From the human T2T-CHM13v2.0 reference genome, Homo sapiens, in assembly GCF_009914755.1 (NCBI RefSeq), contig NC_060936.1: a DNA stretch of 64,000 nucleotides; one strand, given 5' to 3'. A program made the position numbers and the translations under genes. This document shows positions 29,248-42,171 of this stretch, one piece after another (position 1 is the stretch's first letter; each line of letters opens with the position of its first letter). The notes beneath the pieces are model-generated. The model ran no database searches and was not told the origin of the DNA. It saw nothing but the letters and a program-made list of their open reading frames with translations.

Positions 29248-29904
29248 CCCACAAATTCCTACAGAGGGCAGGCAGTCACCATGAAGGTGTGAAAAGTAGC
29301 TGGGTGTAAGACAATAGGGAATGGTGGAAACTGTGGTAAACTGGAGCCCTCATACTCTGCTTAAACATGGGGACTACTCCTCCTTTCCAGCACATGGCTG
29401 CCATGTGGAAATACAGGCCCAGCATGCATAGATTTTCCTATTTTTTTGAGAACCCAGAAATTAAACATTTTTTGCAAACGCTCCCAACTTTTAAATGCTG
29501 GCAATTAATGCAACTAAAAATAAAAACTGAATGGGGAACGGGGGCTCATTGCCCATAGGCTGATCTGACTCTCCATCTATAACACTTTTTGTGTTACAGA
29601 TGGGGAAACTGAGGCTCAGAACAGAGAGGTGGTTTGTCTAAGATTTTACATGGCAGCTCAGTAAAATTGGCCCATTTTCCTTAGGACCAGAAGCCCATGG
29701 TGCCTCTTTTCCAGGGTCACTAACCCTTCCCCAGGAACTCCAGGGCCAAGGAATCTCCCTGTGGATGGGGACCAAAGTGGGAGGTGGAGGCAGAGTTTTT
29801 CTAAGTTCAGGACTCAGCATGGGCACCCACATTCCTGATGCATTTTTCAGAGGCTGGAAAATGATTCCGGGTGTGTGGACACAAGAGTCCATGTTTTCAC
29901 TCCA

Positions 29905-30210
29905 GGTCTCCCCCTTTGTGTCTCTCAGTCTCTCTCTGTCTCTGTACCGTCTATCTGTGTCTCTCAGTCCATTTCCTGGTCTCTCTTCTTTCCGTCTCTC
30001 TCATCGTTTCTGCCCGTCTGTGTCTGTCTCTCTTCCTCTCCTTTCCCTCTCCTTCTCTCTCTTCCTGCTTCTCTCTCCCGCTTGTGTCTCTCTGCTCTGT
30101 CCGTTCCTCTCTGTCTCTCCGCATCTCTCCCTTCAGCTCTGCTGCTCTCCCTTACTCCCTTCCCACACCCCCATCCCCCCCAGGTCTCTCCTCTCCTGCC
30201 CTCTGAGTCC
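29905..30210. repeat. CT-rich low-complexity tract
   Basis: Pyrimidine-rich plus strand. Confidence 0.85.
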
Positions 30211-30379
30211 CTCTGGCCACCATGGAAAGGTTACTGTAAACGGAAATGAAGCTGAGGGCAAAAGTAATCAACCCCCTGGCTGACCTCCGATCCCGCTCCC
30301 CACGCCCATGCTGGCTCCAGCGGTGCCCCCTCCCCCGCCACAACCCCGGCCCCCCTCCCTCCCCACCCCCAGGTCCCCT

Positions 30380-30570
30380 TGCTGACAAAAGGCCTATCTT
30401 CTCTCTGCCTAAATGATTTAAATTCTAATCAAACATCATTTATAGTACATCTCGGAGCCGTCTCCTGGGAGCTGCTCCCACATGAGACGTTGCCATGGCA
30501 ACCGGGGGGTCTTGTTTCAGAAATGTCAGATTGCATTATTGTCTTCACACTTCTCTGATAACCTGGTGTC
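30380..30570. promoter_or_regulatory. Enhancer-like element with a perfect RFX X-box
   Basis: Palindrome GTTGCCATGGCAAC at 30489-30502 in non-repeat sequence, with TGACA/TGTCA, CTAATC, TGATTTA and GATAA motifs nearby. Confidence 0.6.
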
Positions 30571-31079
30571 TCTCCCTCTCTCTCTCCCGCTCCCTCACTC
30601 ACACCACCATCCCCAGGATTTTATTCCTCCTCTTTCTCTCCCCCTCTCGCTGCCTTTCTAACCTCCATTCAACCCCCTAGACTCTTCCCAGGACCCCCCA
30701 GCCTTCCTCCAGCCCCAGGACAAAATGGCCTGATCGATTTCATCCTCCAGCCTCTCGCCAGGCCCAAGGTCCCCTCCTGTGCCTCTGGCCCCGGGGCCTC
30801 CTCCCTTTGGGAAAGGTGTCTTCCCCGCCACCACCCCTCATCTTCGGCAGACACGCTCCCCCCTCTAGGGGTTTGCTGGAGTGCTCTGCTGTCATTTTAT
30901 TTTGCTAGATATGAAAATGAGACATAGATTTTTTCCAGCGATGCGTATGTGAAGTTCTAATCTGGCTTTTCAGATTTTTTTTCTTTTTGGGGAGGAGGTA
31001 GTGGTGGGAGAAATCAGGCACCAGGCTCTTAACAGGATCCACATGGAGAAGCAGAGCATGGGGCAAAAGATGTGATGAG

Positions 31080-31475
31080 GTGTATGCCCTTGTGCATGTG
31101 TGCATGTGTGTGTGTCTTCATGTCCGTGTGTGTGCACGTGTGTGTGCATGTCCGTGTGTGTGCATGTCTGTGTGTGTGCATGTGCCTGAGTATATGCATG
31201 CAAGAGCATGTATGTGTGTATATGTGCTCATGTGAATGTGCACTCATGCCCGTGTATGCATGTGTGCCCATGCATGTGTATGCATGTATGTGTGTGCGCA
31301 GGCCAGTGCCCATGCATGCATTCATATGCATGCATGAGTGTGCCCATGCCCTATGTGCATTGTGTACATGCGTGTGTGTTCATGTGTGTCCATACCCATG
31401 TGTGCATGTGTGCATACATGCATGTGTTTTTTGTGTGCATGTGCCTATGACCATGTGTGTGCATGCATGTGTGTG
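31080..31475. repeat. (TG/TGCA)n alternating purine-pyrimidine tract
   Basis: tgtgcatgtgtg-type units over ~400 bp. Confidence 0.9.
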
Positions 31476-33094
31476 ATATAGGAGATGTCTTTCCCAACCT
31501 GGCTGTTGGCACCTAACAGACAGCTCTCAGGAGCCATGCGCTTGCCCTGGTTGTCGCACAGTCCTTCCTGTGCATAAATGGGCACATTTCAATGATATTT
31601 TCACATTTAGGTTAAATTCTTCACCCTGTCTGCTGCGGAGATGCATTATCCCTGCAATAGCCCAGAGAGATTTCTCTAAACCCAATGATCCCCTCATTCC
31701 ACAGATGGGTAAGCTGAGGCCCCAGGAGGGGCAGTGGCATGTTCCAGGTCCAAGGTCACAGGAGGGCCAGAGGTGGCACTGGAGCAGAAGTTTCCCTCTG
31801 CCAGGCCACTCAGGAGACTGGCCGGGTCTCAGGGCTGGAACTGATGGAGCCCCACTGCCCCTCAGAGATGGCACCTTGGAGGCACAGGCTGGCAGCATTT
31901 GTGCAGCCCCTGCAGGCTTTTATAGGGCTGGCAATGATGCTCACTGCGTGCCACACACTGCTAAGCCATTACAAGAATTATGTCATTGAATCCTCAGAAC
32001 AACTAGGAGGAGGGTCTATCATTATTCCCATTTTGCAGCTGGAGAAACTGAGGCTCTGAGTGGTGATGTGAGGCAGCCTAAGTTTGCAGAACCAGTAAAT
32101 GGCAAAGGTGGGATTGTCTGTGGTTCTACAGTGCACCTTTTCCATTCACCACACTGCTTCCTGCAGTGAGGGACAGAGAAAGCCCTGCCCCCTTGAGTAC
32201 TCAGAAGACTGGGAAGTGCATTTGGCTTTGTCCCTGACACCCCGAGAGTCACATCAGCGAGTTCAGGGATCAATTGCAGTGGTCAGGAGCAGCAGTGTGG
32301 GGTGGAGGGCCTGGGATGGAGCAACCATAAAACGTGATTCAAAATGTCCCCAAAAATCTTATTCCCCTATTTCACAGATGAGGAAACTGAGGCTCAGGTA
32401 GGGTCAGGAACTTGTAAACGGCAAGGATGGTGCCCAGCTGGGTCTGAGCAACTCTGGTGATTTCTACTGTGTGATGAGGAGCAGACAGCCTGGGTCTGCC
32501 CCTCCCTGGTTGAGTGACCCTAGGATCACTCCCTGCTTGTCTGGAACCTCAGTTTTCCCATCTGTAAAATGCGGATCAAAAGCGTACGACCTATGTAGGA
32601 TGGAAGTGAGGATGACGTAAGTTAACACTGGCCAGCACTGGTGCCTGGTGCAGGGAAGCCCTGGATAAAGCTCTGCGTGTGATGCGTGTTTTGCAGCCGG
32701 GAGCGCCTCTGCTTGGATCTAGGCCTCTTCTGTGGCTGTTTTCTTTCTGCCCCTGTCCCTGCAGCTGAGTGAGGTCAAATCCTTAATACATGCCAGATTC
32801 CCCCCTTTCCCTGTTTTTCTTTTTGCCCATCTCTCCAGTGAATGGGGCCTGGAAGAGCAGTGCGTGGGCTCTTATGGGCCTTCCACCCCTCTAACCCCAT
32901 GCCTGGTACCTCTGCAGCCCCACCCCAGCACACATAGTAAGAGAGAGAGGCTGCCAGGGCCCAGAGTGTGCCACCTGTGCAGCCACGCACAGGAAATTCT
33001 TATTAATTTTTTAACATTTTAATTTCTCGTTGGATTTTAAGAAGTATGGACCTGGTCTCAACCTAGACACAGCCAGACACGGAGAAACACGACC

Positions 33095-33870
33095 CGCTGT
33101 CTCTCACTGACTCTCTGGTTTCTCACTGTCTCTGTCTCCCTGGGAGTGTCTCTAGATCTCTCTGTGTCTCTCACTGTCTCTGTGTCTCTCTCTGGTGTCT
33201 TCCTGTCTCTGTCTCGCTGGGTCTCTCACTGTCTTTCTGGGTCTCTCAGTCTCTGTTTCTCTGTATCTCTCACTTTCTGTGTCTTTCTTTGTGTCTCTCA
33301 CTGTCTCTGTGTCTCTCTCTGGGTGTCTCCCTGTCTCTGTCTCTCTGAGTCTCTGTCTCTGTGTCTCACTGGGAGTGTCTCTAGATCTCTCTGTGTCTCT
33401 CACTGTCTCTGTGTCTCTCTCTGGGTGTCTCTCTATCTCTGTCTCGCTGGGTCTCTCAGTGTCTCTTTGGATCTCTCAGTCTCTGTCTCTGTCTCTCACT
33501 GTCGATGTCTCTCTCTGTGTCTCTCACTGTCTCTGTGTCTCTCTCTGGGTGTCTCCCTGTCTCTGTCTCTCTGGGTCTCTCACTGTCTTTCTGTATCTCT
33601 TGGTGTCTCTCACTATCTCTCTAGGTCTCTTACTGTCTTTGGGTCTCTCTCTGGGTCTCTCACTATCTCTCTGTATCTACCTCTGGGCCTCTCTCAGGGT
33701 CTCATTGTCTCTCTGGATCTCTCACTGGCTCTCTGTATCTCTCTCTCTCTCTCTGGGTCTCACTGTCTCTCTGTCTCTTTCTGGGTCTCTCACTGTCTCT
33801 GGGTCTCTCGCTATCTCTCTCTGGGCCTCTCTATATCTCTCTCTGGGTCTCACTGTCTCTCTGTCTCTGA
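33095..33870. repeat. Complex CT-rich tandem repeat with ~229-bp higher-order duplication
   Basis: tctcactgtctct/ctgggtctct units; ctgggagtgtctctagatctctctgtg at 33140 and 33369. Confidence 0.9.
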
Positions 33871-33929
33871 CTCCAGGCCTACGACTCAGCCCCAGGGACA
33901 GCATGTGGAAGCGAGAGACAGGGAGAGAG

Positions 33930-34275
33930 ACAAGGCGTCCCCGAGTCGCTGAGTCCCAGCCGGAGAGTGAGGAGGCGCCCTCGGGCCCCGCCGCCCCACC
34001 CGGCCCCCGCGGCCGCCCCCAGCATGTTTGTCCAGGGCAGGCCGCATTGATCCGCCGCGGCCGTGCCACCGTCTGGTAAATCCCGGCCGCGGTAATGAAC
34101 CTCCCCGCACACCGCTCACAAAGCACACACTAGCCCTGGCCCCAGCGGTTAATATTTAACTGAATAAGGGCCATAAATATGGAAAATGGGACTTTTAATT
34201 AAATAAGCAGCTTTTAAAAGGGCCCTTGGGCGGGAGAGGCTTTTGTTTAAATATGATTGATTTGACATGTCCTTT
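33930..34275. promoter_or_regulatory. Small CpG island plus homeodomain motif cluster
   Basis: Dense CpG/GC at 33930-34140, then GCCATAAA (34170-34177), TTAATTAA, TGTTTA, TGATTGAT (34254-34261) and TGACAT (34263-34268). Confidence 0.6.
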
Positions 34276-35705
34276 AGCTCTCACACTCTCTCGAGCTCCC
34301 TTCCGACGTTAACTCTTGGCCCCCGGCCCCGGTAGCAAGTTGGCTAGGCCAGACCCTGTTCTGCTGGAGGGAGGGGGCTCCCTGCTGGAGGAAGCGGGGT
34401 ACGGTGGGAAGGAGGTGCCCTGGGAACTGGGATTGAAAATCCGGCTGCCCGGGCCTCTCGCATTTGGCTTCACCCCCATTACAAGCTGCCTCCATTTCGC
34501 AGAATGCGTATTTCACCCTAAAAGAAGGGGCTAGTGGGCTAAGATGTCTCCAGATCCGGGGGCATAGGTTCCCTTTTAAAAGCCATGCCACCAGCTGCCT
34601 GTCCTTTGGCGGCTCAGCTGGTGGTCCCTCCCTCTGTGCCTCAGTTTCCCCATCTGTAATATGAGGATAACAATAGCACCTACTCCACAGGGCTGTGTTC
34701 GGATTAAGCACATCCCAGACCATGGGAGGGCCCACAGTGTTTGCCAGGATTCCAGCTGAAGGCTCTGTGACTGCTGCGAGGCGCGAGGCCACAGAAGCAG
34801 CTTGATGGGCACATTCTCGTATTTAGCGCCGACCTCTCATTTGCATTTTGCACTGAGCCCCACAAAGGAAGTATCTAATTCTACTCATACTCACCCAGAG
34901 GCTCACAATCTTGGTGGCTTATGACTCATCTGAGGAGCTTGGAATGCTCCAATTTCAGGCCGGCAGGAATTCAGCAGTCAGGGAGGTCTGTCTTCTGCCT
35001 CCAAGCTAATGGCCTTTACCTTTCAAAACTTTTCAAAAAAAGAAAGAAATCACATCCTATTCTAAATTTAATATTTATGAAGCACCTTCCATACACCAGA
35101 TTCTGCACATGCCTGACCTCAGAGCCCTGTCATCTGCCCTACTTCCTGGGTGAGGAGGGATCTGATGCCCAGAGAAGCCAAGTAACCAGTTCAGAGTTGC
35201 CCAGCTAAGGAGCAGCTGGGATTTGAACCCAGGCTGCTTTGCCACCAGTGCCTTAAGCCCCCTGTGGGCCTAGCCTGGTGCAGGCCCATGCCCTGGGACT
35301 CATGTCTGATCTGGTCCTGGCTTCTCTGAGCTGACGTAGAAGTCACCTTCCTGGATAATTCTGACATTCTCCATTACCTAAGGAGGGGGATGATGGTGGT
35401 CACACAGCCTCCTAGTTTATCAAGACTCTACCCCTTATGCCCAACCACCATTTCTTGCTCTCCCCAAGTCAGATAACTTAGTTTTTGCTTATTCCCACTC
35501 ATAGGCTGCCTCTTCCAGGAAGTCTTCCCAGATGCACTCTGCTTGTTATGGTGGATACCTTTTCTAACTCTTCCAGTATTGGTGAGTATAGTGAGCATAG
35601 TGAGTATTTAACTACATTCTACTGTATTGTCATTTCCTGCAACCACCCATTCACATAGTCGATTACCATTTATTAATGACCTATGATTTTATTTCTCCAG
35701 CTTTA

Positions 35706-36056
<351 letters not shown>

Positions 36057-36238
36057 CTAATTAAATGGATGCTGCCTCTTATAACGGATGGCATTTTCAG
36101 ACTGTGGAAATAAAACTTTGTGCCTAGCCCTGTGTCAGGTGTTGGAAGGATTGGGGGAAATCAGACAGACTTTTACTTTGCTTTCTGCTCCCTGAAAACT
36201 TACTGTCTAGTGCAGAGTATATTAAGAAAGCACCCTTC

Positions 36239-36540
36239 AGCTGGGCATAGTGGCTCACGCCTGTAATCCCAGCACTTTGGGAGGCTGAGGCGGGCGGATG
36301 GTCTGAGGTCAGGAGTTTGAGACCAGCCTGGCCAACATGGTGGAACCCCGTCTTTACTAAAAATACAAAAAATTAGCCGGGCGTGGTGGCAGGCGCCTGT
36401 AATCTCAACTACTTGAGAGGCTGAGGCAGGAGAATCGCTTTAACCTGGGAGGCGGAGGTTGCAGTGAGCCAAGATGGCGCCATCGCACTCCAGCCTGGGC
36501 AACAAGAGCGAAACTCTGTCTCAAAAAAAAGAAAGAAAAA
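36239..36540 (+). mobile_element. Alu (S-type) with 15-bp TSD
   Basis: AAGAAAGCACCCTTC at 36224-36238 and 36541-36555. Confidence 0.95.
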
Positions 36541-37319
36541 AAGAAAGCACCCTTCTTTCTAATTCCCAAAACTCTCAATTCTCACTTGTTCACTCTTTTA
36601 CACTTTTACTTAACCCTGTGAATTCTCATGGCCAAAAATGTGTTCCTCTCTTCCTAGGAATGGGGTGATTTTAGTGAAGGGAAGAGGTTATGGACATTAA
36701 GTGTTTATATTCTGCCAGGCCCTGTCCTAAGATTTATCATGTATTATCTCATTTAATCCTCACCACAACCTAATAAGGTGAGTGCTACTGTAATCACTAC
36801 CAGTTTGCAGATGATGAAAGGAGGCTCAGAGACATTAAGTAACTGGCCCAAGGCCACACAGCCAGTGAGTGACAGAGCCGGAGTCAAATTCAGGCAGGTC
36901 TGGCTCCAGAGGCCTCACCCCTAACCTCAGTTCTTTCGACCCTTCCTTCATCCTCCCCCACCGCACCTGTGAGCTCCACGCCCATCACAGAAAGGAGGCT
37001 TAGAAGCTCATCTTCCATCAACAGTGCAGGGGGGAGACAGCCCCGAGGAGAAAATGAAAGCAGACGGTCTTCCAGAGGGGCTGTAATCAAAGGTGTCATG
37101 TAGAGAAAGCTGGAAGAGCCAGAGAGCTCCAACAGGAGGTTGGCCTGGAGCTCTGTGTCTAGTGACTAGTCTGTAGGAGACCTCTCCTTTGGCGGGATGT
37201 CCAGTGCCAAGTCCCCAGGGCCAGCTGCAAGGACAGTTTATGGTTCATGCACCCCTCTATAGGGGTGGCCAGCGGGCTGGGGATGGTCAGCAAAACTCCC
37301 TGTCTGTGCCGGCACATCT

Positions 37320-37333
37320 GTTGCCATGGTAAC
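37320..37333. promoter_or_regulatory. RFX X-box
   Basis: GTTGCCATGGTAAC, matching the RFX consensus. Confidence 0.5.
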
Positions 37334-37804
37334 TCCTCTCAGGCATCACCCGGTTCTGGGTCTGTTTCCCGGGCTCAGTGTTGGGGTAGGTAGGGCTGAG
37401 GCTGGTTTTGGGGTCGAGGCACAGGGCTGGTGCTGGTGTTGGGGAAGAGGCACAAGGGCCATTTCTCATGCAGACCACCCACGGCGGTGGCAGGGGGTCG
37501 GGGAGCACTGAGCGAGGCATCTGTATTCCTTCCTTGTAAGCCCAGAGCAACAGGGGACAAAACCCTGTGTTGAGTACATTTGAGAAGAGACCTCCTCCCT
37601 AGAGAATCTCCTCCCTACACCCCTCAGGCTAATGGTTGGGGCCCTGTACATTCCACTTTCCCGGTGACTTTCCTGCCGGCTCCGTTTCTCGCCAACACAC
37701 TCAGATGCACTCACTACCATCTCCTTGTAGACTGTTGTCCTCCTAATGGGGCTCCCTGTCTGGCAATCTGTCCCCACGGATACATCCTCTACAGGTGAGC
37801 TTGA

Positions 37805-38245
37805 TTTATCTGTTTATATAGAAACAAAGTCTCACTCTGCCGCCCAGGCTGGAGTGCAGTGGTGCCATCATAGCTCACTGTAACCTTGAATTCCTGGACT
37901 CAGTGATCCTCCCACCTCAGCCTCCCAAGTAGCTAGGACTATAGGTTTGTGCCACCACACTTGGCTAATTATTTTATTTTTGTAGAAATTGGGGTCTTGC
38001 TCGTTGCCCAGGCTGGTCTTGAACTCTTGGCCTCAAGCCATCCTCCTACCTTTCACTTTTGAGTAGCTGGAACTATAGTTGTGCACTGCCATGCCAAGCT
38101 AATTAATTTTTTTTGTTTTTTTTTTTTTTTGAGAGACAGGATTTTGCTGCATTGCCCTGGCTAATCTTGAACTGGCCTCAAGCGAACCTCCCCCCAAGGC
38201 CTCCCAAAGTGCTGGGATTAAAGGCATGAGCCACTGCACCCGGTC
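37805..38245 (-). mobile_element. Composite AluJ (dimer plus extra arm)
   Basis: Reverse Alu in which the left-arm segment occurs twice. Confidence 0.8.
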
Positions 38246-39344
38246 GCAGGTGTGTTTTCTTGAGCCAAAGGCCTCCACTTGCCCTGTCCCTCCCTACTCC
38301 TTCCCCAAGCACTGGTCCATCCAGGCCTCCCTCCGCTCCCTCCAGGCCACATCCATGCTGTGGGCAATGTGACGCCCATCAGGCCCAGTAAACACCGGAA
38401 ATCAGTGAAGCAGGGAGCAAAGGTCGGGGTGAGGCCAACTCTTTTTGGTGTCAAAGGAGATTACGAGTCCGGCTCTCAAAGTTGAGGGCTGGGGCCAAAA
38501 TCAGCCTGTGATCCCAAGTGGGATGAGTTCAGAGGTCGCCAGCTGGTTCCTTTGTGTGTCAATATTAACATGAGAGTCACCTAATTGGGGTGGGTCAGCC
38601 AGTGGCCAGAGCCAGGACACACATCAGGAGAAGAGAAAGGGCCCGATCATGCCCCAGGCAGTGTTGGGTGCTTGGCATAAGCCAGCTCATTCATTATATT
38701 AATATTACTACTAATAATACTAATATAGGAGTAGTAGAAGAATATCAGTGGCCACATACATTGAGTATCTATTAAGTTCAGGCTTGGTGGCTGGCACTTA
38801 ATTCATTAACTGGCCTCATCGTTCCAACCTCTCTAAGAATTAGATTCTGTTGCTCCCTCATCCTACAGTCAAGGAAACTGAGGCTCTAAATGGTAAACCA
38901 GTGAGCCGTGTTCACACAACGCGAATGGAGGAGCAGAGACTTGGACCCAGCCGTCTGTCTCCTCGCAACACAGGGATGACATCTCCGTTTTATTGACGAG
39001 GAAAGCAAGTCTTCCAGATGGATCAAGGCTGTCCAAAGCCACACAGCTAGTCAGTGACAGGGCTGAGTTACAAACCCAGGTAGGTCTTCTCCAGAGCCCA
39101 CAATATCCTCATTTTATTTTATTCTTTTCCTGTCTCAAGAAAAGAATAAAAGGCTGGAGTGCCTTTCATATCTCAAATGCTCAGTAGCCTCATGAATAAA
39201 ATGGGGATATTAATATTCCCCCTCAGTGCAGATGCAACATGAAAATATGTGTTAAACCTTTGCACATGCTGTTCCTTCTGCACAGAATGCTTTTCCTTGT
39301 TAAAATTAGCATCTTCTTTGTTAACCTAGTATATAACCTGGACT

Positions 39345-39598
39345 CTAGGCTGGAGTACAGTGGCATGATCATGGCTTACTGCAGTCTTGAACTCCTGGGC
39401 CTCAGCCTCCTGAGTAGCTATGACGACAGATGTAAGCTAATTAACCAGTCCTGGCTAGTTTTTAATTTTTTTTTTTTTATAGAGACAGGGGTCTCACTAT
39501 GTTACCCAGGCTGGTCTCAAACTCCCGGCCTCAAACAATCCTCCTGTCTAGGCCTCCTGAGTCACTGGGATTACAAGTATGACCCACCACACCCAGCC
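39345..39598 (-). mobile_element. Degenerate Alu (J-type)
   Basis: Reverse Alu, internally deleted. Confidence 0.85.
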
Positions 39599-39896
39599 TT
39601 CATCTCATTCCTTTTAAGCTCATCTCTTCTATGGGTTCTTTGAAGGCCAGTTGTCCTTCTGTGTGCCACTGTTCCTGCCTTCCTGGACCTAAGGGAACAG
39701 TGACTGTCCATTGGCTGATGGATGAAGACCTGCCATCTGCATGGCTCAGGCTAGTCATATAGAGACCAATGCTCATCTCCATTGGTTTTGGGTCGAATGA
39801 ACCCACGTGGACACTTGCTGGAATCATAGCATCCTAGTAATTTCAGATGCTCACTTCTATGTAGGCTGAGTCCAAAGAAACACTACTTACCTAAAA

Positions 39897-40207
39897 CTTT
39901 TTTTTTTCAATTTTTAGTTTTTATCTTTGGAGACAAGGTCTTGCTCTGTCACCCAGGCTGGAGTGCAGTGACAGGATCCTAGCTCACTGCAGCCTCTAAC
40001 TCCTGGGCTCTAGCCATCTTCCTACCTCAGCTTCTCAAGTAGCTAGGACTACAGGGACGCACCACCACACCCAGCTAATTTTAAAAAATTTTTTTGTAGA
40101 GATGGGGGCCTCGCTATGTTGCCCAGGTTGGTCTCACCCTCCTGGGCCCAAGCAATCCTGCCATGGCCTCCCAAATCACTGGGATTACAGGCCTGAGCAC
40201 CCAACCT
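39897..40207 (-). mobile_element. Alu (J-type)
   Basis: Reverse Alu; cctaaaactt on both sides. Confidence 0.92.
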
Positions 40208-40657
40208 CCTAAAACTTCTGATTAGAGTCTAGTGCAATAGCAGTTAATGCATTGACCATTTCTCAAAGGTCTGTTCTGTGCAGGGTACTGGAGACATAGT
40301 GGTGAGCAGAAACTGACACTTCCCTGTCCCCCTGGAACTTACATTCTAGTGGGGGAGGTGGACATTAATCACATAGTCATGCCTAGAATGACACATTGAT
40401 TCTTTAATGAAAGCTCCAGAGGATGGGACAATTTCACAGAACAACGGGCCTTGGCCAACGAGGTTAGGGAGATAGCTCTGACAAAATGACTCTTGAGCTG
40501 AGACTCTGAAGATGAATAGATGCTAAGTCAGCAAAGAAGAGAAGGAAGAGCATTCTGTGCAGAAGGAACAGCATGTGAAAAGGTTTAACAAACATTTTCC
40601 TGTTTCATCTGCACTGTGAGGGGAGATATTAATATCCCCAATTTACAGATGAGGCTA

Positions 40658-41780
<1,123 letters not shown>

Positions 41781-41805
41781 AATGGCTGGACCCCCAAAAA
41801 ACTCA

Positions 41806-42171
<366 letters not shown>

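Noticed and set aside
29765-30283. 172-aa ORF
   Set aside because: Mostly CT low-complexity sequence, with no coding features.
31029-31476. Cys/His/Met-rich ORFs resembling metal-binding proteins
   Set aside because: Artefact of the TG/CA simple repeat.
33146-34079. 268-aa and 294-aa ORFs rich in S/L/V/C
   Set aside because: Stop-free translation of the CT-rich tandem repeat; non-ATG starts and no domain.
39885-39896. Minus-strand TTTTAG|GTAAGT as a recursive splice site
   Set aside because: Preceded by an Alu poly(A) rather than a pyrimidine tract, so the acceptor half is weak.
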